Shown here: one piece after another, positions 37,706 to 49,680 of the stretch
Position numbering within the stretch: the first letter of the stretch is position 1
How the letters are laid out: the number at the start of each line of letters is the position of its first letter
Assembly: GCF_001447785.1 (NCBI RefSeq)
Contig: NW_015159757.1
Span: 1-64,000 of the forward strand
Length of the DNA: 64,000 nucleotides
Direction: 5' to 3'
Source of the DNA: Gekko japonicus
Taxonomy: Eukaryota
Translations under genes and position numbers: made by a program
The notes under the pieces: generated by a model
Told to the model about the DNA's origin: nothing
The model's database searches: none
The model's input: the letters and a program-made list of their open reading frames with translations, nothing else

Positions 37706-40700
37706 CCCTCAAGCCATGGGAAGAATAAGGAAATGGCAGATCTTGAGCGGTGGTGGCTATTAAAGAAGAATGCAGGGAGAAGGAGGGTTGAAAGAAAACC
37801 ATAGACTTCTCTAATGCACACAAATTCCCCTCCTCTTTTTGGGCAAAGACCGAGAGAAGGAAGGGGAGGAGCGGAATTCTTTTACAAAAATAAGATGAGT
37901 GAGATGAGGTAAGATGAAATTTCAGAATTTTCAGCTATTTTTTATTACCAGAGGTCAACTTAAAGAAAATATAATCAAATTAATTAATCTATTGATAAGA
38001 ATTTTTTTAAAGCTCTTCATAGCAATTACATTCCTCAGTTCAAGATGTTTCCTGGCTGCAATATAAACATAAGGAACCAGATATTATTTCTTTTTCTTTT
38101 TTTTCCGGAAAAGATTTTCTTCGAAGACAAATTGCATATACTTCTCTGTAGACTTTCTCCGTTCTCAGAAGACTACTACACTATCCTAGATGCTGATCTG
38201 TTCCCACAACCAGCTCCTCAGAGATTTCCTTCTTCTGTCAAGGCCACACACTGATTTCCATTAAAAAGTGTGTCCTTGGAATCAGAATTTCCCTGTTGGC
38301 TTTCTACACTGAAGTTGACATAAAAGTTTCACAGCAACTTCTCAGCTATTCTGCTGTCAGTTTAATTACCCATCTTGAGCACTGTTCCTTGTGGATTTAT
38401 TCTGCTTTTAAAGCATCATATTGTTTAGTGAAAGATATGTGTGTGGAGGGCAGAGAATGGGCTTGTTTCAAATGGGAGTATTCTTCTGCAGATCTGGGGA
38501 AACCCCTTGGTCAGCAAGACAATATAAAACCTAAAAAATGGAGGGGGTAAATCCCCCCCCAAGAGCGGGATGTTCTCTGCACCCGCACAGACAACATAAA
38601 AGAGACTCCCCAGGGCCAGAAGAGGCAGGAGGAGGAAGGAACTATCACAGAATTAGCCAGGCCGATAGGCAGAGGGGAAGAGGGGATGGAGCTATTGCTA
38701 CATGAGCCAGGTAAGCAGGAACCTGACCAGGTGGGCTGGGGAGCTGGAATCAATGAAGTCACCTCTACCTGCTGTTATGAGTAAGGTAGCCATTAACTGC
38801 AGTTCCACAGGCAGGTTTTGAATAGGCAGCCCAGTGAGGGAAAATGGGACCCTCCCCCCGTGAGTCTCATGGGTCTCCCACTTGTAACTGTCTAACCCCC
38901 TTATTTTATACTTACCCTTGGGCAAAGTATCTGGACTAGGGGTGTGCAATTTCCCCCCCAGTTTTTCCACAGTTCGGGTTTTCGGATCCAGGATTTTAAG
39001 GAAATCCTGAATATTTTTGGGTCCAATAGATTTGAGAAGAAGGAAAAAAGCAGAAAGAAATTGCACATCAGAAGCTATGCCAGTGGGGAGCAGACTGCTC
39101 CCCATGGGCTCAGCTGATCCTGGGCTGACCTCTCATGCAGCCCAGTTTAAACCAGGCTACAAGAGAAGCCCCTCTGCCCCTACTGATCCTCAGCTGCCTT
39201 TTCTTGCAGCTCGATATAAACCGAGCTGCAAGAGGAGCCACCCCCAGCTGAGGAGGCACGGAGCTCTCAGCTCCCACTGCCCCAGCTGATCCGCCCTTGC
39301 AGCTCAGTTTGCTATCTCCCTTGTCTAAGATGGCAGCCCTGTGATTCCTCCATTGGGCCTGGAGGTATAGCTTATGCTTAAATGCATCCCACACAGCTGG
39401 TGGTGAAGTAGCCTGTGGGTGGGAAACATTCTGCAACTTTAGCATGTTTAAACAGAAAAGACCCATGTGACATAAAGAAAACTAAACATCCACAGAGTAT
39501 GTACTGTAGTGTGAAAGATTAACAGTGGTGGCACTGTTTATTCAGCATGTGTACTCAGAGTTTTACCCACGTCTACTCGGGACTCTCAGGAAAGATTGCA
39601 TTGCTGCTCTCATGAAAGAAGTGTCTGAGCATTCTCATACATCTTATCCATGTTGGTATATTTCATTTCTCCCTCTTTTTCAACTGTCAACATGTATATA
39701 ACATTTTAAACTGAACAATTTAATATAGAGATTGATGCATGCAAAAGTGAAGTAATTACAGAAAAGATCTGGGCAAAAGGTAAGGCAAACCACTGGTTGC
39801 CCACGCAAAGTGTGAATGGCAGTGAGAAGAAAAGCTTTCTGTGTTCTTTGTATAGAAAAAATTCCTTTTGCTTTATTTTATACAAGAACATTCTAAAGAT
39901 CTCCTGTCTGTTCAAAAGAAAGCCTAATGAATAGACTATGTGAGGCGATTTGTGATGGTACAGATCCTTTGGTAATTTTTTCAAGTATGCTGCCAAGCAG
40001 AGTTTCGTTTCAGAATATGCTTTGGTGGCTTCCTCTTTTGAAGCTTGTGGAAACCTTTCTATTTTGATATTTTTAGTTATATAGATTAGACCATTTGCTG
40101 ACAGATTCTATTGTTAGTTGTACAGTAATAATAGCATTTGGCAGTTAGGTTGTACAATAAAGTTTCGAGGCTTTGCAGAAAACATCACTTAATTAAGTCT
40201 CACAGAAGCCTGGTAAATGTTTATAGCTACGTTTTTGTTTAGAAAAAGTGACTAGCTTGAGGCTATGCAATAATTCAGTAGCAAGCAAAGAGAAGAAGTC
40301 CAGTACCATTGGTTGCTGGTCTTGTATTTAGATCACAGCGACGTGTGAATATATTCTGCAAATTACTGAATCTAGGCATTTCTAGGAGCACAATCCCAGG
40401 TCCCATATAAATCAATGGGAGATTTTTTTAATCTGATAGCAATAGTTGTTTGGTGTTTGGTATATGCCTTATCTAGCTCTTACACTTTTATTCCACCTTC
40501 CCTCCAAGAAGCTCACTGTGAGTTAATCCTCCCTCCTATTGTCCTCACACTAGCCTTGTGAAACTGACTAGGCTGTACCAATTCATCACAGTCCTAGTCA
40601 GTCTCTAACCACTACCCTATACTTATTCAGCCTTAGAGTTTGGGCTATTGTAGCATCTGGACATACTACATCTGGAAAAGGAGGCACACTGCCAAGGTGA

Positions 40701-40869
40701 TCATTGTGACTGGGGTACCGAGATGTGACACTTCATAAGAGAAACTGAATCTATGGTATTATTTCAGAGATAAATGATGAGCTTGGAAACTGGTTAAGAG
40801 TGATGTTGAAGAGGGAGAAGAACTTGCAGTGGGGACTGGAGACCTACGTATGTTTCTTTGTTTATAATA

Positions 40870-41240
40870 TTTCTATGCTGCCTCTTCAGAGTCCTGCTCG
40901 AGATTGCTTACAATTTAAAAAACGCCATATAAAACATAGGCTGCTAAAAACACAAGCCATTAAATATTATCTTTATAAAATCTATCCATAAAACTGAGCA
41001 GGCCATTAACTCCTTAATTAAAAGCCTGTGTTAAAAGATGCATTTTAGCTGGATGTCTAAACAAAAGTAAAGTAGGTACCAGGAAAGCCTCAAGGGTGAG
41101 GGCATTCCAAAGATGAGGTGCCACCACAGAAGATGCCCTGTCTCTAGTTACCACCCAGCTCACCTCCGAAGTCAGAACACAGACTTGAAAGGTATGGGAG
41201 GAGATGGTCCTTCAGGTACCTTGGCCCCAAGCCATTTAGG
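40870..41240 (-). mobile_element. Old L2 3' fragment
   Basis: ggtccttcaggtaccttggccccaagccatttagg and gcattccaaag...gtgccaccacaga match the L2 ORF2 C-terminus. Confidence 0.6.
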
Positions 41241-42466
41241 ACCATGTTCCCTATGGTCTTACATTAGTAACCATTAGTAAAAGAAAGGATGATGCTAAAC
41301 ACCTGTATTTCTTGACTGAGACAACCTACCTAGCTAATAGGCCTCAACTAGGATCTTGTTGCAGAAAATATCTTCCATATTTGACCCAAGTGACAGGCAA
41401 TTCTTGCTGAGTCCTCTAAGAATTGTCCTTAAAGCCACAGTAGCATATTCAGCAGCAACTGTGACCTCTCCACCTCCAGTGCTAACCTAGGCAGTTGAGC
41501 ATCAAGAAACTCTAGTTTTGTAGGGCTAGATTAGCACATGGCTAAATATCCAGGACCATCACAATTACTCTTGTTATTACTGGCCAAAGAACTTGTAGTT
41601 CCTGATAAAACTTACTTCTGTTGTGAGAAGAGCAGAGTAGCAGGCTTTCTTCCTCTTGTACAGGAACCTTACCAAGGACACTGATCAGTCACACAAATGC
41701 ACTTGATTCAAGACTGTTGGACCATGGGGAATTAACTATTCAGTATTTCTGAGGTTTACCACTGCCAGGGTCCAGCTGAATGTTCCATTATTGGACAGGG
41801 TTGCACTCTCATCAGCACAGCACAACTATGGTTTGAACAACCTACATGTCAAACTCCTTTATTGACAGCAGGTATGTAATTAAAAAAAAACACACCCCTG
41901 AGAATGAAACTTCAGAGTTTGCAAAGAAAAGCATCCAATTTTTGGACTTCTTTCTACCTGTCACTCAATCATATTATTTGATTGATCTTCTCATATAAAT
42001 AGGGATTGAATCTCTAATGACAGATTAAAAGAATATTGCTTCCAAAGAACCCATAATCCTACTCAATATTTTATAAAACCTTGATGTAAGTAATAAATTT
42101 GTTTGTCTTCCTTTCATAAGTGAAGATTTGTAAGGCTATAATGGCACCGACTTTTTTCTTGCATAGATGGCAATTGCTTTTCATGTATTTAAATAATTAT
42201 GTTATCAATCTCCTAAATTATTTGAAAGCATAAAAACATACCACAGTTTGTCAAGGAACTCCTACTCTGATACTCATTTTTAACCCCCTTTTTAATATCT
42301 TTTTGTGTTACATATAAGAGGTTTCTATTGAAACTTTCTTGGATCTGATGCTGCTTTCAGGAGCAGCAGAGGATATGTGGGTCTAATCTTGCACAACAGA
42401 TAATTATTTCAGTTTCTAAAAAGAATTCAAAATATTCTCCCAAATATTCTGGTATGTACTTAGACC

Positions 42467-43009
42467 TAGGGATGGGCATGAACCAAGAAAATGCAATTCA
42501 TGGCCAAACCACAAACCCAACCATGAAGCTAACTGAACCGAGAGGTTTGTTAATGAACAGAACCAGTTCATGGGTTGTGGCTCTGCAAACTCCATTGAAA
42601 GGGACTGTAGTCCTTTTAAACAGGGTTTGTAAAAAGCCTGAAAAACAGCTGAGCGACAGGGAGCACCTTCCACCACTGAGCTGGTTTTTGGGGGTTTTTT
42701 TGTTTGTTTGTTTTGCTGTCTTCTGCAGTCGGTTTACACTTTCAGGTTTGTAGAAAGCCCAAAACAGCTAAGTGGCTGGAAGTGCATGTTTTTGCAGTTT
42801 TTGCCAGGAACAGAAAGCAGGGGTTTAAAGGGACTTAGATTCCCTTTAAATCCCTGCTTTCTGCTCTGTCCATGAACTGCTACAAACTGCTTTCAAAGTT
42901 AATGAAAGTTCATGAAGTTAGACCTGTCATAAACTTCAGTTTGCAAGCCACAAACAGGGCAAAATTCACGATGAATTTTGCTTCATGGTTCGGTTAGTTC
43001 CCATCCCTA
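42467..43009. mobile_element. Non-autonomous hAT related to 17992-23214
   Basis: tagggatggg / cccatcccta termini and shared gaacc/ggttc subterminal motifs; TSD not clear. Confidence 0.65.
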
Positions 43010-43059
43010 ATTCATTCCAGCTATGGCCGGCCCATGGATAACTTTAACAGGAAAAACTG

Positions 43060-43440
43060 AGTTCTAGAGGACAGCCATGTTGGTCTGCAGTAGAACAGCT
43101 AGATTCAAGTACAGTGGCACATTAGAGACTAATCAAAGCTCCCTTCATCAGAGATCTCCTTTCTGATGAAGGTATCTGGCAAAGGGAGCTTCAAATCTCA
43201 GAAGCTGATACTACAACATGCTGTATTGAAGGTTCTAATGCTAATTTATATCTGTTAAGATAAGCGTGATATTTAGATCTATATTTGTATTTATCTTTTG
43301 CTGTACTTCGTTGATTGCACTCCGTTCTATTGTTAGTTTGTAATATTGCTATATTGTTCAATAAAAATATAAAGTTAAAAAAAGCTGATACTACAAAAAT
43401 CTTGTTGGTCTCAAAGGTGCTACTGGACTTGAATCTAGAA
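43060..43440. mobile_element. Inverted pair of Penelope-like terminal-repeat fragments
   Basis: agtggcacattagagactaa...ttcatcaga and, inverted, ttgttggtctcaaaggtgctactggact; hammerhead-like remnants. Confidence 0.55.
43217..43381 (+). mobile_element. Short poly(A)-tailed retroinsertion (L1-type 3' end)
   Basis: 15-bp TSD aagctgatactacaa (43202-43216, 43382-43396); aataaa plus A-tail. Confidence 0.8.
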
Positions 43441-43954
43441 GAACTGACTATGTAAGAGGTTCTCCCCAATTAGAGTTAATATGAAAAGTTACATCATAGA
43501 GTTCATAGAGTGCAATGACCCAAAATGTGATCAGAACTCTTAAAACAAAACTGTGGGTTTCATTATGGACTCATTCTCACTGAGGTTATAAACCTGTTCC
43601 TTGGTGATACCAGTTTGGATGTTAGTGAATGCAGATGACTGAATCTTCTCCCACACAAAGGAATTCTTGCATATGAAAAGCTAGATGTCAAGGAGAAGTG
43701 TTTATCCTTGAGGTTATTAGCACCATATTTTCACTGGGAGCCTACTAGCCACACATCTGAACAAGCAAGATAATAGCAAACAGGGAACCTGCAAGGACAT
43801 GGTAGCAAAAATCTCACTTTCTCTTCTTCTATTTCTTCTTTCCCTTTCCTGAAAGCCCCAATAGCCTCTCTCCTTTTCCTACTTCCTTCTTTCCTTCCTA
43901 TCCACCAACCAAACTATATTTTATCTGCCCCCATCTTCAGTTATATATATTATT

Positions 43955-44680
43955 TCCTTTATACCCCACCTTTATTCTCAATGGGGACCAAAAACGTCAT
44001 TCTCTTCTCCTCTATTCTATCCTCACAACAACTTTCTGAGGTAGGTTAGTCTTAGAGTGTGTAACTGGCCCAAAGTCACTGATGCTGCAGTCACATGCAA
44101 TATAGTGGCATTACCTGAGTAGAATAAATGAGCCCTTCCAGATGAAGACATCTGCCTTTTGTGACGCAGTCATCAGCAGCCTGTGCTGTTCCGCAGTGGA
44201 AGCAAAATAAACAGATACTGGCTGAAGTCCGATATTAACGGATTGTCCATGGTTCCCTCTGGGTTTTCCAACATCTGAACTCTCCTGCAGCAAAAGGAAC
44301 CCAGAAGGGATGTCTGAACTTGTAGATCCATTTCTGCTACTGGTTTTGTTTTTGTTTTAGTTGCTGTCTATAGGCACATATACACATCCATCTGCCTACA
44401 TTTAAATAAAACCCACCCTTACACCTCATCCTATGGTTGAAGTGCAACACTAATGTGGATGCTCCCCCATGGGCCAGTTGCACAGTTAACCCACCACAGG
44501 CTGTGCAGTCTGGATGAAATGCTCCACTACACTTTAAACTGGTAAAATCTGAGGTGCCACCATACCGCAACAAGCCACCAGTGCGACCACAGCCTGAAGG
44601 AGCTTTCATGGCAGAGTGGAGATTCAAACCGGCTTCTCATAGATTCTAACCTGAAACTTTAACCACAAACCACACTGTCT
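43955..44680 (-). mobile_element. Old tRNA SINE split by a MITE
   Basis: SINE halves at 43955-44082 and 44595-44680 join across the MITE. Confidence 0.65.
44083..44594. mobile_element. Harbinger-type MITE
   Basis: tgctgcagtcaca / tgcgaccacagcc termini; TSD tga / tga; homologous to 56981-57536. Confidence 0.75.
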
Positions 44681-45073
44681 TTTGTGGGGTGACTGCTTTT
44701 CAACAGTTGCAATTAGCCAGTTCTGTGTGAGTCATATAGATTGGGTGGTAGCAAGTCACCCAGTGGTCGCTGGCAGGCCCAGTCATCCTTCAGTGGACAA
44801 AACAGCCTGGTAAAGGGCCTTCCCCCTACTGTTTACTGACAGAAGCCAAAGCTTCAACTGGCTGTACTGTTGTGATTGCCTAGCAACAGCCACATATTAT
44901 TTTTAAGGGTTTTAACCTTCAATGTATTTTAGTTAGATTTCAGATTTTTCTGCAATCCTGGGGCTTTTATCAGATTTATAGAAATATCTGTCTTGTCTTT
45001 CATTGTTCCACTGTCTAGATTTAAGTATCCACATATTTGACTATGTTGAGAATTATGCCCAATTAAATTCCGT

Positions 45074-45377
45074 TTCATTTCCAACACATGTTGTAAATGT
45101 TTGTAAATGTTTCATTTTTGTGGCCTTCACCCAGCAGTAGCCACCTTTCTTAGAATGTTATGCTAAAGACACATTGTAACTATCCTTTAACAAGTGCTTG
45201 CTTAACTCTAATAAGTAACTTTGGCCACTGTTCATTTCCAACACATGTTGTAAATGTTTCATTTTTGTGGCCTTTACCCAGCAGTAGCCACCTTTCCTAG
45301 AATGTTATGCTAAAGACACATTGTAGCTATCCTTTAACAAGTGTTTGCTTAACTCTAATATATAACTTTGGCCACGG
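45074..45377. repeat. Tandem duplication of a ~150-bp unit
   Basis: Copies at 45074-45230 and 45231-45377 with a few substitutions. Confidence 0.92.
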
Positions 45378-47057
45378 TTTGGAACTAGATTACACAAAGG
45401 GTCAAATGTGTACTCATAAGCCATTAAAGGATTTGCCTTTCAAAAGTGTTTTGCATGGAGTGCGTGCATAATTGGTTTCAGGAAAGTCCTAGCTAAAATA
45501 TGGGCTGAAATAGAGAAAGAACATTCACAATGGGCAAATTAAATGCATTGCTGAAAAGGAAATATATACCACAAAAATAACAAAAAGTCTCACTGTTATT
45601 TTTGTAATATGAAAACTGTGTTATTATTTGAAAACAGCGGAATATGTAAAGTCCTTCAATGAGTGGAAAACTTTTTGTTTCACATTTCTTAAAGTACAAT
45701 TCACTATAGTTTTTGCCACCCACCTCCCTTCCTGTTAAATAAAACATTAATGCCTTATACTGAGTCAGATTGCTGGCCCACCTTGCCCAGTATCAGCTTC
45801 TCTGACTAGCAGCAGTTCTCAGGTGGGGATTTTTTCCAAGCTTCTGTTCTCTAGAGATGTCAGTAATTGAACCTTGTGTATGCAAAGCAAGTTCTCTAAT
45901 ATCAGAACTCGTATTTTCATCAGACATGAGGAGGAGGTCTGCTTCAAGTGGAAGATTTTGGGCAACATTATTAAAAGGCAAGGAATTATGAATTATAGTT
46001 TAATATTATATTTTTACTATTTAGGTACCAATAGGTCTTTGACCATTTCTTTCTCTCATTAAGCAACATGTCCTCTCTATGAGACATGCATATATGACTA
46101 CGCACAGTTTCCCAAACTTAAAGTGCTATGGAATTGTATATAGAACAGGGCACATCTATAGATTTCAACCATAATACTGCTTCTTCATTGGCCCATCTAA
46201 TTTGCTGTTGGCTTTAAGATGCCTGTGATATAGACACAATGCAACATCACCTATACAAACCCAACTTGATTGGAGTACATAGCCTTCATACAAACTATTT
46301 AGATCCTTTATCTTATCATGTTCACATGCTTCATGTTTTCTGTTAGGGATTGTGCTGCACAGCTCAGTTCTTCCTAACATTTTTTCACCTCATACCTCAC
46401 AATGTAGTAGAGAAATGAAATTCAAGTCTGGCTTCTTTTTCATATCTAAGAGCAGCCAGGGAATTTTTTTTTAAATTTGATGCTCGAGATTATTGTGCTC
46501 AGTGAACCACAGCTCTATTTTCTGAACTTCTTCAGTAAGGTTTATATCAAGATCAAATATATTAGCTGAAGAATTATATCACACCACCAAAAGGGGAGTG
46601 GAAAGACAAATAAATGTTCCACTGGATTCCAAATATAATCTATCTGGTTTGGGGGCCAAAACAACATATCAATGAAAAAGTCAGAGACAGAAAATAAAGT
46701 ATATTATAAACACTATGATATGGTCATGAACTGTGGACATAAAGATGGTCATATCAGTGTTATAAATTTTAATTGTTTTGTAATAGCAGGGAACAAGAAT
46801 GACTGGGAGCTGGCTAGAGAAGAAAGCTTTTCTTTTAAAAATGCTTCCAGATCTTACCCTTCTCTCAGCCATTCTTTTCCCTCTTCCCTCCTCATCCGTG
46901 TAACTGGAAGGACTCAGATATCTTCAGGAAGCACTACCACATCTCTAGCAATCAGGATTGGAGGGAGCAACGGAGCAAGAGATGGTGGCCAAATGGCAGG
47001 CAGGAAGGGGAAAATATGTTCAAAGAGTCCAGAGACCACTGGGGCAATAATGCCACT

Positions 47058-47838
47058 CAGGGCCATAACCAGCAGTGGGGCTTTAGGGGATGAGTCCCCT
47101 AGCAGATTTCCAAAGCCCCCTACTGCAATCTCCCCAATCTCCCCCTTTCTCTTGGAAACTATACATTTCTTAATTTTAATTAGATTCAGCCGCACGGCAC
47201 TGGGCCAGCTCGGCATGAGTTGTTCGTTCCTGGCTTCCTTCCTCTTTCCTTCCTCCTTTGATTGGCCAGTGGAGCCTGTAAAGTGCAGCCACACAGCCAA
47301 TCAAAGGAGAAAGTTAATGCTTTCTGGACCCAGGGAATTTACAGCAAGTTGGCATGCACAAGGGAGGAGGGTGCCTGGGCAGTCTGTGAGAAAGGGGAGG
47401 AAGCGCCTGAAGAGAAAGCAACCAACCAGTGATGTGAGGCAGCAGCTGCAGTCATGATGGGGCTTTTTGTGCAGCCCTGGACAACTTCCCCATTTTACCA
47501 CCACTCTGTCGGGGCTTGTAGTGATGGCAGACTGGAAAGTGGCTTTTTGGCCAGATAAGCCCCCAAACTTGGCTCAATCTTCCATTCTCAGAAGTGGCAG
47601 TGTATTTCCCTTTCCTTAGCCTCCAGCTGGGGGCAGCTTCCCAGCCTTATGCATCACTTCCTCCCCGCAGCCTTCTGACCAGGACGGCCTGAATACACAT
47701 GTATTGGGTAGCAGTTAACCCGTGTGCAGGGGGAGGGGAAGAAGAAATGGGTTAATCCCTCTCCCTCCTCTGCTCATTTAATTTAAATTTAATTAGTGCC
47801 CACTGGCACCCCCTCCCAAATTCCTGGCTGCAGGGCTA
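47058..47838. mobile_element. Old non-autonomous hAT element
   Basis: cagggccataacc / ggctgcagggcta termini; degenerate TSD atgccact / atgctacc. Confidence 0.55.
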
Positions 47839-49339
47839 ATGCTACCCAATATGGCACTCCAAGTGACCACTTGTCATGAACCAGTCCTTGGATGTGGCAA
47901 GCTCTCTAGTGTCCCAGCATGGCCTATTTTCCTTCCTGCCCTACTCCCAAAGCCAAGCACATGCCTGTTTGTTTGCGGTAACTGGATTGATTCATTCTTG
48001 CACTGCTGCCTGGATATAGTAGTTTGATCCAGTTTGTTTTGAGCGTGCATGAGAATGATGAATGCCGCTGACTGAGAAATAATGCCAACTGTGCAGGTGC
48101 AAAAGTAGCACATACCAGGTTAGTTGATTATAGTGAGGTACATGCAATCAAAGGAAGGCTATACATTATGAGTGTGCATCAGCAGTGCGCCCCCCCCCCC
48201 ACACACACCATGCTGAATGCCACTGCTGAGCAGACAGAAAATGTCAGGTGCTCATGTGAGGTGTTTGATTACATAAAATGTGTGCTTCAAACAAGATATA
48301 TTTGAATGAACTTTTTGTAAAGTGCATAGCATCCCTGCTAACAGTTCACATGTCATACATTCTTTCCTAACAAAACCTTCCCAGTTTCTAATAGACGACT
48401 TTGCCACACAAGTTCAATGCTCTTGGGAAGCAAGGTTTTTTTTTTTCCTGCTTTCCCCCAGCATCATGATACATTCAAACATCTCCACAATGTTCCCTTC
48501 TTTCCCCCAATCTTTCTCAAACGTACTTTGCTCCAAAGTTTTGGGAAAGATCACAGTAAAGCCTGGAGAGTAGCTGTGAGGGTGAGAAATTCAGGTTTTT
48601 CAACCCATATGTCAACCCTGTCCTGTTGATAGCCATTTCCTCCCCAACTAGCAGGGGTCCTTAAAAAAAAAGGAACTAGATTATCATTATATCAATATAC
48701 CATTGTAACAATAGGTGTAGAAGGTTTTCTGAATTCTCAACTTTCTTTTTTTTAAAAAAAATTAAGTCTCTATCCTCTTCCTTTGTGGAGAAATAAGGGG
48801 AAAGGCATATGTCTGTAAGGGAAGGGGACAGTGACTTAGTTTTTTAAAACAACATGAAAGCTAGAATTTCAGAGAACCTGCTAAGCCTATAGTTCCAGTG
48901 GTATACTGATATAATAATATTCTAGTGTTGATTTAAAGAAAATGTATGAGCCCTGTTGACCCAGGGGAAGGAAGGTGGCTAATTCTGGGGGATTGGGTAG
49001 AGAAACTGCAGGGAAACCTGCCGGGTAGAAGCCTTGTTTTTGCTACACTTTATCTGCCCCCATACCAGCACACAAAATCCCTCCCTATGCTGAAGTGACC
49101 TAGTCTGATCTCAAGTCAATTTCACCTTCACCTTCATGAACACTGTTCCCTTTTCCTGGAAGGCCCAGCCAGCCACAGATGGGATGATGCTTCCTCCTGC
49201 CCTTACCACCCATGCTAGGGGTGTGCCACATTCACTTGCCACCACTGCTATACATCTGGGTGGCACAATGACAGCAGTGGAGGTGCCATGCCCACCAGTA
49301 CAGAGCTCGCATCAGCACTCTCCATCTGTTGGACAGTAC

Positions 49340-49680
49340 CTGCCTCAATTGATTTTGCCTAGACAGAGCTGCCATCCAGGTCCTGTGTGAGGAGCTTTGG
49401 GTAGCCCTCCAGGGAGCTTGGGGTAGCTCCTCCACAGTGGAACTTGGGGTAGGCCTTCTGCTCCCCATGTCATCATCATCATCTTGCAGAAGACCATCCT
49501 ATCCATGATGTTCCTGGCCACTAGATCCTTCCAGGGGGTCGTGGTGGAGGTCCTTGAGGTGTCCCAGTTCTCAGGAAGCTGCTGCCTACACAGCTTTCTG
49601 GACACTATGCTGGCAAACCTTCAGGAACATGTGCACTTCTCCACTGAGGAGGGGAACCTGGCACCCATCAGGGCAGGGTA
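49340..49680 (+). pseudogene. PIF/Harbinger (HARBI1-like) transposase fragment
   Basis: FCLDRAAIQVLCEEL ... LSMMFLATRSFQGVVVEVLEVSQFSGSCCLHSFLDTML...EHVHF resembles the HARBI1-family HTH region (FLATGSFQ...GVSQPSVSRCL). Confidence 0.7.

Noticed and set aside
44115-44284. Minus-strand exon-like segment with ctgcag acceptor and gtaatg donor
   Set aside because: It lies inside a TSD-bounded MITE that has a homolog at 56981-57536.
46672-47457. 261-aa ORF, the longest non-retroelement ORF
   Set aside because: No recognisable domain, and it runs from AT-rich flank into a TSD-bounded hAT element starting at 47058; most likely a chance ORF.
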